From NCBI GenBank assembly GCA_963731545.1, contig CAVSWN010000004.1, forward strand, positions 1-64,000: a stretch of DNA of 64,000 nt, given 5' to 3'. Below, piece after piece: positions 1 to 10,349 of this stretch. The notes under the pieces are model-generated. The model made no database searches, was not told where the DNA came from, and was given only the letters and a program-made list of their open reading frames with translations. Each line of letters opens with the position of its first letter. Position 1 is the stretch's first letter. Source of the stretch: an uncultured Acidobacteriota bacterium. GTDB lineage: Bacteria > Acidobacteriota > Vicinamibacteria > Vicinamibacterales > CAVVIG01. The translations under genes were made by a program, and so were the position numbers.

Positions 1-157
1 GCAGCAGCTGCCGGCTCATCGCGCCGATGCCCCCGCCACAGCAATCGGAGCGCAAGCGGGCGGTCACCCGCAAGCGCCCCTAACCCGTCACCGAGGTCAA
101 GTCGGTCGAGCGGGCTGCCCGTCATTTTACGGGACCGCCACGACCAAGGAGGGTTCC

Positions 158-746
158 GTGCGCGCTGCCATTTACGCCAGGGTCCAGTACGTTCGATCAA
201 GAACCCGAGAACCAACTCGCCGAGATTCGCCGCTACATCGACGCGCGAGGATGGACGGCGGTCGAGTACACCGATCGCGGCATCAGCGGCGCGAAGGACA
301 GACGGCCGGCGCTCGATCGCCTGCTGACCGATGCTCGCCGTCGCCGGTTCGACGTAGTCGTCGTCTGGCGGCTCGATCGCCTCGGGCGGAATCTCCGGCA
401 TCTGATCACGCTGCTCGAGGAGCTGCAGGCGCTCGGCATCGCGTTCGTGTCGCTCAACGAGGGCATCGACGCCACGACGCCGGCAGGCAAGCTCCAGATG
501 CACATCCTCGGCGCGATCGCGGAGTTCGAACGCGCACGCATCGCGGAACGGGTCAAGGCGGGCTTGCAGCGGGCCAGGGCGCAAGGGAAACGGCTCGGGA
601 GACCACGCAAGGTGCCTTCGACGATCGCGGTTCCTGGCGGCTCGGTGCGCGAGGCAGCGCGAGTCTGGGGCGTGTCGAAGTCGACGGCGGCGCGGTGGAT
701 CAACGGTGGTAATCTTCCCAGCGCGCCGCTTCGTCGGCTTTCATGA
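158..746 (+). pseudogene. Serine recombinase (resolvase/invertase family), frameshifted near nt ~188
   Basis: GTG start gives VRAAIYARV; after a 1-nt shift it continues STFDQEPENQLAEIRRYIDARGW...VVWRLDRLGRN...LNEGIDATTPAGKLQMHILGAIAEFERARIAERVKAGL (ORFs 158..712 and 447..746 in different frames); classic resolvase N-terminal catalytic Ser motif and C-terminal HTH. Confidence 0.8.
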
Positions 747-822
747 GCGCCAGGAATCAGCGCGTCATTAAACGCGAAATGGCGGCCGTCGGCTGCCAGC
801 CTCGCGTCGGGAGGGTAACGGT

Positions 823-1125
823 ATGGCTTTCAACAACGTCGGTGATTTGTGGCTCGCACCCGGTGAGTCGATGGGTCAAAGCATCAGGTTCGGTTCCTTT
901 CCTGGAGAGCCCGAGTGGGGTGGCTATGACATGGGCGCGCAGTGGATCATGGCTGCGCCCATTGGCATCAATCCCGCGACCCTGCTCGTCAAGGACCACA
1001 CGAAGCAGCACAAGCCGCGGCGCGTTCATCCCGACCCAAATCCGATCGTCGTTTATACGGTCACGATCGTGAACATCGGCAACGAGCACGCACACTTTTC
1101 ACTTCAGGGCGGCGGCAACGCATGA
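823..1125 (+). CDS. Hypothetical small protein (100 aa)
   Basis: ORF with coding-like composition; stop overlaps RBS (GGAGG) of the next ORF. Confidence 0.4.
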   Translation: MAFNNVGDLWLAPGESMGQSIRFGSFPGEPEWGGYDMGAQWIMAAPIGINPATLLVKDHTKQHKPRRVHPDPNPIVVYTVTIVNIGNEHAHFSLQGGGNA

Positions 1126-1135
1126 GGAGGTCGGC

Positions 1136-1454
1136 ATGAAACCGAGTCGGCTCGCGCAGGTGCTGACGAACCAGAAAGGGACCATCGTCGGGTTGTTGCG
1201 TCTTCCGACCGACGGGTCTCCCCCCCCAGACCGAAGGCTCCGCCAAAGAGCATGTGCAGGTGCGGTTGACGCCGTTGCCCGGCCAGGTCGTCACCGACGT
1301 TGAATTGCCCGATGAGATTGGCGCCCTCGAAACCGCAGAAGATTTTCAGCGGCTCGTCGCGGAGTTCGATTTGCCGCGGAATGCAAAGGAGCTCCGACGC
1401 AGGAAGGCCGGCAAAAAGGCGACGGCACGCAATGGAACGAAGCGCAGCCGCTAG
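1136..1454 (+). pseudogene. Hypothetical small protein interrupted by a poly-C(8) tract frameshift (1220..1227)
   Basis: GGAGG-N6-ATG at 1136; MKPSRLAQVLTNQKGTIVGLLRLPTDGSPP then frame switches exactly at CCCCCCCC to ...VQVRLTPLPGQVVTDVELPDEIGALETAEDFQRLVAEFDLPRNAKELRRRKAGKK (ORF 1254..1454). Confidence 0.4.
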
Positions 1455-1664
1455 GTGATCGTACCGTCCGAGGGCGTTACGCCACCCCGTTTCTGGATCG
1501 CACTCACGCACCAGAATTGACCGCTGATTGGATGCTGACTCGACAGAACGGCAGCTATAGCTTTCGGCCTTATTCCTTCGACCTCAACTTGGCCCGTACG
1601 ACACCGAAGGGCACTCGACGTCACTGGCCGTCGGCGCTTTTGTAGTCTCGAGGTCTCATCTTCC

Positions 1665-2433
1665 GTGGATTGTTCGCCGATCTCCGAAGACAAACTCGAA
1701 CCGACCCACCTCGCCGTCATCTCGCCGGACGAGGGAAGTGAGCGCGCCGTCGTCGTCCGCGACGATTGTGATCGGTTTTCGGGCATCGTCATTCCAGAGT
1801 ACTTCCAATCGCATTTGCAGTTCGTTGAGGAATTGATCGAACGTCGGCGGGCGGTGCTCCTCGAGGCTTGGCACACCTACCGGCGCGAACGCGGTCCGAT
1901 GTACCTGTTCGTCGACTTGTTCCGGTTCGTTCGCGCTCAGATTGAAGCGCCCGAATTGGTCGAGCAACTGGCACCGCTCGATCGTTTCGGCAACGCGCCG
2001 GACATCTTCCATAATTCGAATCAAGCCCTGCTGATGGCGATGGCTCACCGCGGAAATCTTGGTGTCGTCCGGCTGGCGCATGCGCCGAAGGATCAGAGTC
2101 GATGTGACTTCACGATCGCATCTCCTCGGCCGCCACGATCCTCGTTGAGATCAAAACAATTCTCGGCATCGGTACGATTCTCGCGAGAAACGACGGGCTC
2201 CGACTCTCGCCGGAGTACGCGGCTAAATTATCGCGAACAATTGCGGGGCATCTTGCGAAAGGACGACGGCAGGCGTCCGTTGACGGTGTCGTGATTGTGC
2301 TTGTGTGGTGCAACGAGGCGGGCCCCTTTGCGATCAAGCTGCTCCAATTCGTCGAGGACGGACGCCTAAAGGTTGAGGACGTCGACACGCCGCTCAGAGT
2401 AGTCGATGGCCGCTCCATTCTCGTGTTACCAGA
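1665..2433 (+). pseudogene. Hypothetical protein, frame change near ~2100, 3' end abutted/truncated by IS21 insertion
   Basis: ORF 1665..2294 (…IFHNSNQALLMAMAHRGNLGVVRLAHAP) continues in another frame (…ILVEIKTILGIGTILARNDGLRLSPEYAAKLSRTIAGHLAKGRRQASVDGVVIVLVWCNEAGPFAIKLLQFVEDGRLKVEDVDTPLRVVDGRSILVLPD) and reads straight into the IS21 left inverted repeat. Confidence 0.35.
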
Positions 2434-2543
2434 TCCTCGGTGGACACCCAAAACCGGCAATTAATCGACACCTCAAAACCGGCAATTAACTGAGACGGCC
2501 GAGACGTTGACGCGAGCGAGGAACGCGGTGTTCCTCGACTCGC

Positions 2544-3591
2544 ATGAGCAACGTCTTGGACCACACGAAGCAGCAACAGATTCGCGCACTGGGCCGTTTG
2601 GGCTGGACGCTGTCGCGCATCCAGCAGACGACCGGCATTCGCCGCGAAACGATCGGCGGGTATCTGAAGGCCGCCGGCATCCCGGTGCGAGGCCGCGGTC
2701 GCCCGAGCGAATCAGAATCAAAACCGGCAATTTCGCCGTCGGTGGTGTCCACCGACTCAAACCCAGTAAATCCGGCCATTCCGGCGTCGGTGTCCACCGA
2801 CTCTAAGCCAGCAAAACCGGCAATTCCGGTCGTGCCGGTGTCCACCGACCTCGTGGGCACCGACCGGCCGGGCCGTGCCCCGAGCGCGAGCGCGTGCGAG
2901 CCGTATCGCGAGCTGATCGTCGAGGCGCTCGGGCGCGGTCGCAATGCGATGGCGATCTGGCAGGACCTGGTCGACGTTCATGGCTTCACCGCCCGGTACG
3001 CGAGCGTGCGTCGATTTGTCGTGCAGCTCCGCGGGCCCGACGCACCGAAGCCCGCGTCGTCATCACGACCGCCCCTGGCGAAGAAGGGCAACTCGATTAT
3101 GGCGACGGCCCGATGGTCCGCTGGGCACTCACTGGTAAATATCGTCGCACCCGCCTGTTTGTCTTCACGCTCGCGCACTCGCGCAAAGCCGTCCGGCTGC
3201 TCACGTGGCGGTCGAGCGCACAGATCTGGTGCGAACTCCACGAACGCGCCTTCCGACGCCTCGGCGGGACCGTGAAAGTCGTCGTCCTCGATAACCTGAA
3301 AGAGGGCGTCCTCACGCCCGACATCTACGACCCCATCCACGCCACGAGGAAATCGTCGGGGTCCGTCGCATCCTTGGCGTGCTCGCCCACATCAAGAAAC
3401 ATGGTCCCGCGGTCGTCGAGGAGGCCGCGACAGCGGCCCTCGATCTCGGCGTCCCGACCGACCGCTTTATCCGCCGGTACCTCGAACGGCGGCCGCCGGT
3501 GCCGCTCACCCTGCGCCAGGTCGATCCGCTCATTCGCCAGCTCACCCTCTATCGCGATCTCATCGATCGCCGGACAGGAGACGCCTCATGA
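2544..3591 (+). pseudogene. istA: IS21 transposase IstA (HTH + DDE), at least one frameshift (~2890)
   Basis: MSNVLDHTKQQQIRALGRLGWTLSRIQQTTGIRRETIGGYLKAAG…AIWQDLVDVHGFTARYASVRRFV then in another frame …GQLDYGDGPMVRWALTGKYRRTRLFVFTLAHSRKAVRLLTW…VVLDNLKEGVL and C-terminus MLAHIKKHGPAVVEEAATAALDLG…; three in-frame internal copies of the terminal-repeat motif at 2719-2848. Confidence 0.75.
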
Positions 3592-4346
3592 ATCTCGTCG
3601 AATCGATCGGCGCTCGGAACTGCGCCTCTCCGGCATGGCCGCCGTCCTCGATACCCGCTTACGCCAAGCCCAGGCCGAGAAGATGACGCCCATCGATCTC
3701 GTGTCGGCGCTCGTCGCCGATGAACTGCGGCGGCGACAAGATCGCCTGCTCGAGCGCCGGCACAAGCTGGCCCGGTTCCGCGATCCCGATCGCTCGCTCG
3801 ATACCTTCGATTTCGATTTCAACAAGAAGATGAACCGCGCCCTCGATCTACGAGCTGGCCACCGCGCGCTTCATCGCCCAGCGAGAAGACGCGCTCTTCC
3901 TCGGTCCGCCCGGCACCGGCAAGAGCCACCTCGCACAAGCGATCGGCCGCGCCGCCATTCAACAGGGCTATCGCGTCATCTACCGCGAAGCCCACGCACT
4001 GCTCGAAGATCTCGCGGATGCCACGCTCGCCGGCACGCGGAAGGACTATCTCGCGGAGCTCGCGGCTGTGCCGCTTCTCATCATCGATGACCTCGGCATG
4101 CGGAAACTGCCGCACACGGCCGCCGAAGACTTGCTGGAGGTGATTATGCGGCGCTACGAGCGCGCGTCGTCCCTGCTGACATCGAATCGTCCCGTCGACG
4201 ATTGGGGCAAGCTGCTCGGTGACACGGCGGCGATCACGGCGTTACTCGAGCGCTTGCTCCATCATGCCCACGTGCTCAAATGTGGGCCCCGGAGCTGGCG
4301 GACCAAGGTGCAGCCGGACTTGCGCACAGAGGACAGCTCGAAGTAG
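3586..4346 (+). pseudogene. istB: IS21 helper ATPase IstB (AAA+), two or more frameshifts
   Basis: ATGA overlap with istA stop; segments …LRLSGMAAVLDTRLRQAQAEKMTPIDLVSALVADELRRRQDRLLERRHKLARFRDPDRSLDTFDFDFNKKMNRAL / FLGPPGTGKSHLAQAIGRAAIQQGYRVIYREAH (Walker A) / MPLLIIDDLGMRKLPHTAAEDLLEVIMRRYERASSLLTSNRPVDDWGKLLGD in three frames. Confidence 0.75.
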
Positions 4347-4529
4347 AACTCACGGGTCTCGGCCGTCGAGAAATGGCCGGTTTTGCCCTGTCCACTAATT
4401 GCCGGTTTTCAGCTGGTCCACCGAGGGAAAGAAGTAAGAAGCGTTGAGCACTAGACCAAGGAGGGCGATATTCACGTGGGCGATTCCTCGGAAGGCGCCG
4501 GAACTGTACTCTCCTGCTTGCGTGGCTCA

Positions 4530-4661
4530 CTTGATCGCGATGTGCGTGTCTTCCGTCATGATGAAAGAGGGCACCTGCGGGCGCTCGTCGTCGATGTCGA
4601 TCACCTGAATCGGTTTCCCGTGGAGACGCTCGGCGAGCGCCGCGATGGCCACCATTTCGGT
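4530..4661 (-). repeat. Copy 1 of a ~60-130 bp repeat family (c-repeat) carrying tandem ATCGAC hexamers and a conserved TTTCATCATG; contains a 42-codon minus-strand ORF
   Basis: 62 bp nearly identical (1 mismatch) to 13684-13745 and ~75% identical over ~110 bp to 14195-14300; all three copies in the same orientation. Confidence 0.6.
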
Positions 4662-4763
4662 CCTGCATCCTCGGTGTCACCCCGAACCGTCGCTTGACGG
4701 CGGAGGCGGATCCGAACGCGACCAGTACCCAGAAGTCCACGACGTCAGCACGGCCGCCGTGGA

Positions 4764-5063
4764 TCACGCCTCCAAGAGGAACCGGAACCCGTCGAATCGT
4801 GCCGCTGCGCCTCCGCCGTCGGTAGTGCGGACGACCTCGCCGACGCACACATGCTTGCCAGACGCCATCGATCCCACGTCGATCGGCGGCGACACGATCA
4901 CTTCGATAGGCGTTCCCAGCATTAAGTACGCTGGCCCGAAGAGCACGCCGGTCTGGCTGATGTTGACGACGCGACTCTGAAACCACAGTTGATCACCGGT
5001 TCGGCGATACGAGATCGGAATCGCCAGCGACAACCGTTCCGCGCGGGGCCTAATCGCCATCAT
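4764..5063 (-). CDS. PilZ-domain protein (c-di-GMP binding), ~100 aa
   Basis: MMAIRPRAERLSLAIPISYRRTGDQLWFQSRVVNISQTGVLFGP… matches RxxxR…(D/N)xSxGG PilZ signature; start taken at internal Met of ORF 4764..5345. Confidence 0.5.
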   Translation of the reverse strand: MMAIRPRAERLSLAIPISYRRTGDQLWFQSRVVNISQTGVLFGPAYLMLGTPIEVIVSPPIDVGSMASGKHVCVGEVVRTTDGGGAAARFDGFRFLLEA

Positions 5064-5184
5064 CGGGATCAAAGCTCGGAGGAATTGGCGCACATCATCG
5101 TCGGGATGGTGATGGATTGCAAGGGGCAGTTGAAGTGGACAGCAGCCGGGTCGATCGAAACGGCACGGGGCGGTCCCAGGCGCT

Positions 5185-5982
5185 TTAGACCGCAACGCTC
5201 CATCGCCGCAATCCATCGGCGAGCCAGAGCGCACACTCCTGAAGACGAGACCCGGAGTTCGCCCGCGAAAAGTGTGGCACTTGCACAAGGAGCGTGTCGT
5301 CGTTGCGCCACCGCGCGCGGTGCGCGGCCCATTGGTATGCACCACCAGGTCCGCCCCTTCCGAGGCTCGCCAGCACCACGAACTCCGGTGACAGAATCTC
5401 CTGGAGCAGAGTAAACGCGGTGCGTCCAGCCACCGCGATGAGGCGCGGTCTGCAGTCGGCCATCATTTGCTGCAGCACAGGACGACTGACCTCCACCAAC
5501 ACCTCTCGCTGTCGCGGCGGGAGGTCCCAGGAAGTCGTACGGTAGGGACAGCAGAAGCCGAATGTAGCGGCGGCAAATCTGGATCGAACGAGCGTCGACG
5601 AACCGAAAAAGACTCTCGCATTCTGCCAATGGCCAGATGTTTGTGGCCCCTCAAGCAGGAAGTCGTGCAGCTGCAGATCGGTATCGAGATGTGTCGGTTG
5701 TCGTGCACCACCGGGGTTGATGCCAAGAAAGAGTACCCCGGCCTCGTTGGCGTAGCGGCGCCCCAAGAGCAGACATCCACCAAGGTCAGGAATGTCCGGG
5801 CACCGCGTTCGCAATTCGGCGTAGCCGGTTTCCGTAAGCGTCCGCAGTCGCGCAAGTTGGTGCGAGACCGACTCCTCGTTCGACCTTGAGATGTCCGTGA
5901 CTGGCAGGGGTTCGCTGAAGGCGTCCTGTGGGCCCGCTGCTCGGGGCTCGGGTAAGGTCTGGGCGAGCCGCGGGCGGAGCAT
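5185..5982 (-). CDS. Uracil-DNA glycosylase superfamily-like protein
   Basis: GCLLLGRRYANEAGVLFLGINPGG… and C-terminal VQVPHFSRAN resembling UDG motif B (HPSPLN); start chosen at internal Met (MLRPRLAQTL) of ORF 5185..6186. Confidence 0.45.
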   Translation of the reverse strand: MLRPRLAQTLPEPRAAGPQDAFSEPLPVTDISRSNEESVSHQLARLRTLTETGYAELRTRCPDIPDLGGCLLLGRRYANEAGVLFLGINPGGARQPTHLDTDLQLHDFLLEGPQTSGHWQNARVFFGSSTLVRSRFAAATFGFCCPYRTTSWDLPPRQREVLVEVSRPVLQQMMADCRPRLIAVAGRTAFTLLQEILSPEFVVLASLGRGGPGGAYQWAAHRARWRNDDTLLVQVPHFSRANSGSRLQECALWLADGLRRWSVAV

Positions 5983-6467
5983 CGGCGGGCCAGTCGAACC
6001 GCTCGGTGGGGCCCCAGCGTCAGTTCGGTCAAATCGGTGCCAACGCACGGCCAGCTCGGGATCGCGCGCCCGGAAAGCCCATACGAGGGCTCGCCGCCGG
6101 CGACACTTTCGCCCTTCCGAGAATCCTGTAACGGCCTTTCGCCCCACGCTAAGTTGTTGATCCGGCCGAAGCGAAAGGTCCGCCAAACGAGCCCTTCGCC
6201 CTCAATGCGTCTGATAAGTGGCGATTATGGTGACCTCGAACGTGTACCCAATTGCTTGGCGTTTCCGCAGAAGGACGCGAAGCGTTGATCTGCGCGCAGC
6301 TAAGCGAGCCACCCACGGGCGCAACGGCGAGATGCTATCCGATTCGTCGGTCGGCTGGACGAATAGAGGCAGCTGCCAACGTCCAGCCCGGTAGACCGGT
6401 GATTCGACAGAGACGATGTGGCGTCGTGTTCGAACTGAACAAGGCTTTGATCCCACTGATCCAGTTT

Positions 6468-7070
6468 TCAGGGTTTCGGAACATGAAGCGTTGCGCTGAT
6501 CATCGCGCTGCCGCTGGCCACGTACATCAAGGCGAGCGGATGGAGCTGTGCAGGGCCGACCTGGTACACCCCGAACCAGAAATCATCATCGACCCGTCCG
6601 AGCTGAAAAGCCACGCCGAGCAGCGCCACGATGACAATGCTGGTGGGGATCGGCGTGCCCTCGAAGTACTTCACTTTTCCGGTTTTGCTGTCTGCGAGGG
6701 CAGCAGCCGTAACGTTGAAGCGCGCCAATCGGCTCACGCCGCAGACGATAAAGTACGTCAGGCAGAGCATGTCCCATCCACCTCGCAGTCCCAGTGTGAA
6801 GCCGAGGACGGCCGGAGCCACCCCGAAAGAAATGACGTCAGACAGTGAATCGAGATCAGCGCCGAGGACCGACTGCCGCTGCGCCTTCAGGCGAGCAACC
6901 CAGCCATCGAGCACGTCACAGAGCAACGCGAGGGGCAGCAAGAGAAACGCGATCCAGAGCAACCGACGGTTGGCCGCCGCGATGTAGTCGAGACAGAGGA
7001 AAATGCAGATCGCTCCGCACGTCGCATTGGCAATCGTCAACGCGTCAGCCGAGGTGTACGACCGGAGCAT
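6468..7070 (-). CDS. CDP-alcohol phosphatidyltransferase (phosphatidylserine synthase-like)
   Basis: MLRSYTSADALTIANATCGAICIF…LCDVLDGWVARLKAQRQSVLGADLDSLSDVISFGVAPAVL = D(x)2DG(x)2AR…G(x)3D(x)3D motif; multiple TM segments. Confidence 0.75.
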   Translation of the reverse strand: MLRSYTSADALTIANATCGAICIFLCLDYIAAANRRLLWIAFLLLPLALLCDVLDGWVARLKAQRQSVLGADLDSLSDVISFGVAPAVLGFTLGLRGGWDMLCLTYFIVCGVSRLARFNVTAAALADSKTGKVKYFEGTPIPTSIVIVALLGVAFQLGRVDDDFWFGVYQVGPAQLHPLALMYVASGSAMISATLHVPKP

Positions 7071-7235
7071 CGAGAAGTGCAAACGAGGTTCGGCCACAAT
7101 GGATAGGATAGTTCCAACCAGGCAGAAACGATCGGTCTCCCTTGGTCTTAGGCCCGCGGGACGCGGCATAGGGTCGGCCACGATTTGAACGTGTGGCCGC
7201 GTCGCGAGACGAGACGGCATTGATGGCCCTCGAGC

Positions 7236-7340
7236 GTGGGCGCGAAAGCCGTCGTGTTTCAGCTCGAACAGCCACTCGGGATGATCGAATGGCTCGGGAA
7301 TAGAGACGAGTGGCATCGGCCAGTACGCCATCAGGATCAG
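7236..7340 (-). pseudogene. Fragment of ATP-dependent DNA ligase (LigD-like adenylation motif I)
   Basis: Upstream, in frame with the PssA-like ORF: PMPLVSIPEPFDHPEWLFELKHDGFRAHA (KxDG ligase motif I); no remainder of ligase present. Confidence 0.35.
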
Positions 7341-7507
7341 TCGGAGCGCGGGAAGCACCTACGACGGCTTGGATTTCGGGCCGTACCAAGATCGCGCCGA
7401 CGGCGATTGAGGGCGGCACTAAATACTTCGTCGCCGGTGCGTCCTCCGGTGTAGCATCTCGGCCCATCTGGCAGCCAAGTTAATCCCGGAACAACCTAGG
7501 AATCCCC

Positions 7508-8678
7508 ATGACCAGAGCCGTGTGCTCCTTCACCGGCGACTCGTTGTTCAGGGCTGTGGTCGTGAATGTATTTGCGGCCTTCTGCTTGGCCGGATGCGTC
7601 GAAAACGCCTGGGGCCAATCCCCTGATGTCGGCGTGGGCTATTGCGATCCCAACAGTGCAGCGCAAGACGTCACGCTCCTGCTCTTCTCAGGTGAGCTGG
7701 AAGTTGGACTTCCTCTGCCGAGAAGCTTTTGCTAATGGAACCACGCAGCCCGTGACATTTACCACAACAGTGAAGGCGAATCGCTTTTTCGGACCCACAC
7801 ACGTTGTGGGGAAATCAGTAGTCCCTCCGGATCTCTCGTTGACCATATTTCATCATGTTTTGGGAGTGTTTGACACCACTCCGCTCGGGACCGACATGGT
7901 GGTGATTGAAGTGACGTCGTCGGCTTCCGGGGCCGTTGTCCTCGCACGCTGCACGTTTAATCTGACCGTGGCACTCAGCGATGTGATTCGCATTCCCGTG
8001 CGGCCGTGCTTTCTCGAAGGAACGGCGCTGAGCTTCAACCCCGATACCAACGAGTTCTTTGAGCCAGGTCAGGTCGCACCTGGCGGGTCTGTGGTGTCCC
8101 TCATCGACCACCTGAATGATCAGAGTTGGATGAAAGACGCACGCATCGCCTTTCGAGCCGTGTCATGGGGCGTTCCCGTCATCCAGGATCCTGTACGACC
8201 CTCGGGAACTGATCCGTCTGACGTCCTCGGCGCAGTTGATACCCAAGCTTTGGCTCCTCCGCGAAGCAGGAACCTGGCATTGCAAAGGTGGTCTGCGAGC
8301 AAGCATGGCAGCGCATCGATCCCGCGGCGAAGGGGACGTAGTGGTGTTCGCCCGCAAATTCACACGAGCACCAGATCTAGCCTTAGGATTCGCACCAAGA
8401 GCGGCGGAACGATCTCGTTCGAGAGGAACGCGCCAACCGGGACCACCGACACGCCGCTGTGTCAAGAGCCTCGCCAGGTGGTGGCTGACGACGTGACTCG
8501 TGTGAATTGGGTGATCCTTCTCGAACCAGACGCACCGACCCCGCCGAACAGCATCGCGCAAACGATCAATACGCTTGCGCACGAGCTCGGCCACGCGTTG
8601 CTGCTCGGCCACGGCAATGGTCTGGACGATGACGCTAACGGGGGGACTGCCGCCGACCGCCGGCTCTCGGCGTTTTGA
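7508..8678 (+). pseudogene. Secreted metzincin-type zinc metalloprotease (HExxHxxGxxH), with frame changes
   Basis: N-terminal signal-like MTRAVCSFTGDSLFRAVVVNVFAAFCLAGC (ORF 7508) then switches to ORF 7566 frame; C-terminal AHELGHALLLGHGNGLDDD; middle segment garbled (RRRGRSGVRPQ) consistent with additional indels. Confidence 0.5.
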
Positions 8679-8847
8679 TGACTATTGTGACCTCGATTGT
8701 TTGGAGGACGCGCGGACACCCTTCGTCAGTTGCGAGATGACGGAGAGTCTGATGCACGCAAGTCTCTGAACGGCTGCTTTCTCCTTCGGCCGCTTCAGAT
8801 CGAACAGGCGCGCGCCGCGGCGAAGCTCGTTCCGGGCGCCAATTTCA

Positions 8848-10288
8848 TTGCGTCAACCGTATCCCGCTGGGACGCTCGTCTCCGAACGGGTTGATTTCAA
8901 TGCCACCGGGATTCCTCCGGACGTGCTGCTTGCCAGCGTCGAGATTGCCGAAACCCCGGGTCGTGCCCTCACGGCGATTTCTCACGCGGTTGTCGGTCCG
9001 CTGCCGACCGCCGCCCACAATCGATATACGACGATCATCGATCTCGATAACAACCCCACGACCGGCTGCGACGCAGCCACTCTCAACTTACCGACAGCTT
9101 TCACGGGCGCGGAACTGGTCACCAGCGTGTTGCTGGATGCGATCGGCGGTCCACCGCAACTGAATGCCACCGTCTGGCGTTGCGTCTTCGGAATTTTCGT
9201 ACCTCTTCCCAACCTAACGATCACGTCACGGGCAAACGACGTCGAGCTCTTGCATACGGAGGGTGGACGGCTTTTCAGTCACATCAGTGTGCGACTCCCA
9301 GCGATCTCGTTTGTCCTCATGCCGACGTGCTTCGAGTCCAGGGCGTGGCTGAGCGGGTCCAGGTGGGAGGCACCTTCAGTCGAGTTCCAGACTCGCCGAA
9401 TGCGGGAGGGCTTATCTCCTTGCTGGCGCCGATCCTGCCCGGTTGTTCCGTCAGCGCCCCGGTCGTGAGCCGAGGCCGTAGCACGCGAGGACCGAGCGGA
9501 GGGGCTAGGTGCCGGCGCTAGCGTGGACGTGTTTTTCGGTGGAGATCTCGTTGGCTCGGGTGCAGTTGACAGCCTTGGTGTCGCAAACGTTGACGTCGCG
9601 ATACCGACCACCTCCCGCCTCGGCCTCCGACCGATTCTCAATGCTGGTGACTGGCACGCTGGTGCTCGCGACCTGCGAAGTCGAGGTCGTCGCGACCCAA
9701 GCGAATGGAGATACGACACCACCAAATGTCGTGCCGCATGTCACGGGAACATTGGGCAACAACGGCTGGTATACAAGCGATGTGAAGGTGAGTTGGGACA
9801 TCAGCGATCTCGAATCGGGCATCACGTCTTCTGTGGGTTGCACCGGCACGACTTTGACCGCGGACACCGCCGGCGTCACGGTGGCGTGCTCAGTGACGAA
9901 CGCGGCCGGACTATCGCGCTCGGTGCCAATCACCATCAAAATCGACAAGACGGCACCACTCATTTCGCGAATGCCAACGCCTGGCTGCTCGCTCTGGCCG
10001 CCCAACCACAAGCTGGTCACCGTGGCGACGGTCGGGGTTGCGGACCCGCTTGCCGGGTTAGCCTCATTCACTGTCACAGGGACCAGCAACGAGCCGCCGA
10101 GTTCCGGTGCGTCCAACATCGTGATTACCGGCAGCGGATTCCAGGCGCGGACCATTCAGTTGCGGGCCGAGCGGTTAGGGAAAGGCGCCGGACACATCTA
10201 CACATTGACCGCATCAGCGACGGATCTCGCCGGCAATACGACGGCGCTGTCCGCTGCGTGTATTGTCCCGCACGATCAAGGAAAGTAA
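8848..10288 (+). pseudogene. Secreted protein region with Ig-like domain(s), in at least two frames; possibly C-terminal part of the metalloprotease gene
   Basis: …IDLDNNPTTGCDAATLNLPTAFTGAELV… (ORF 8848..9468) then …NGWYTSDVKVSWDISDLESGI…LWPPNHKLVTV…GNTTALSAACIVPHDQGK (ORF 9509..10288), typical bacterial Ig-like surface domain. Confidence 0.4.
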
Positions 10289-10349
10289 TCCGATCCTTGG
10301 GCTGCCCGGCCGATGGTCGGAACCGTCATCGCTTCTGTGAGGGGAAACT

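Larger units (their letters stand above)
2434..4426 (+). mobile_element. IS21-family insertion sequence (istA-istB) with multi-repeat terminal inverted repeats; both genes frameshifted
   Basis: Left end CCTCGGTGGACACCCAAAACCGGCAATT…AAAACCGGCAATT (2434-2487), right end reverse-complement CCTCGGTGGACCAGCTGAAAACCGGCAATT…AAAACCGGCC (4377-4426); internal istA/istB homologs with ATGA overlap. Confidence 0.8.

Noticed and set aside
233-703. 156-aa minus-strand ORF
   Set aside because: Antisense to the serine recombinase; no coding signal of its own
4533-4661. 42-codon minus-strand ORF inside c-repeat copy 1 (…LHGKPIQVIDIDDERPQVPSFIMTEDTHIAIK)
   Set aside because: The same DNA is conserved in copies 2 and 3 but read in different frames and is non-coding upstream of a start codon in copy 3, so conservation is at DNA level; treated as a repeat, not a protein gene
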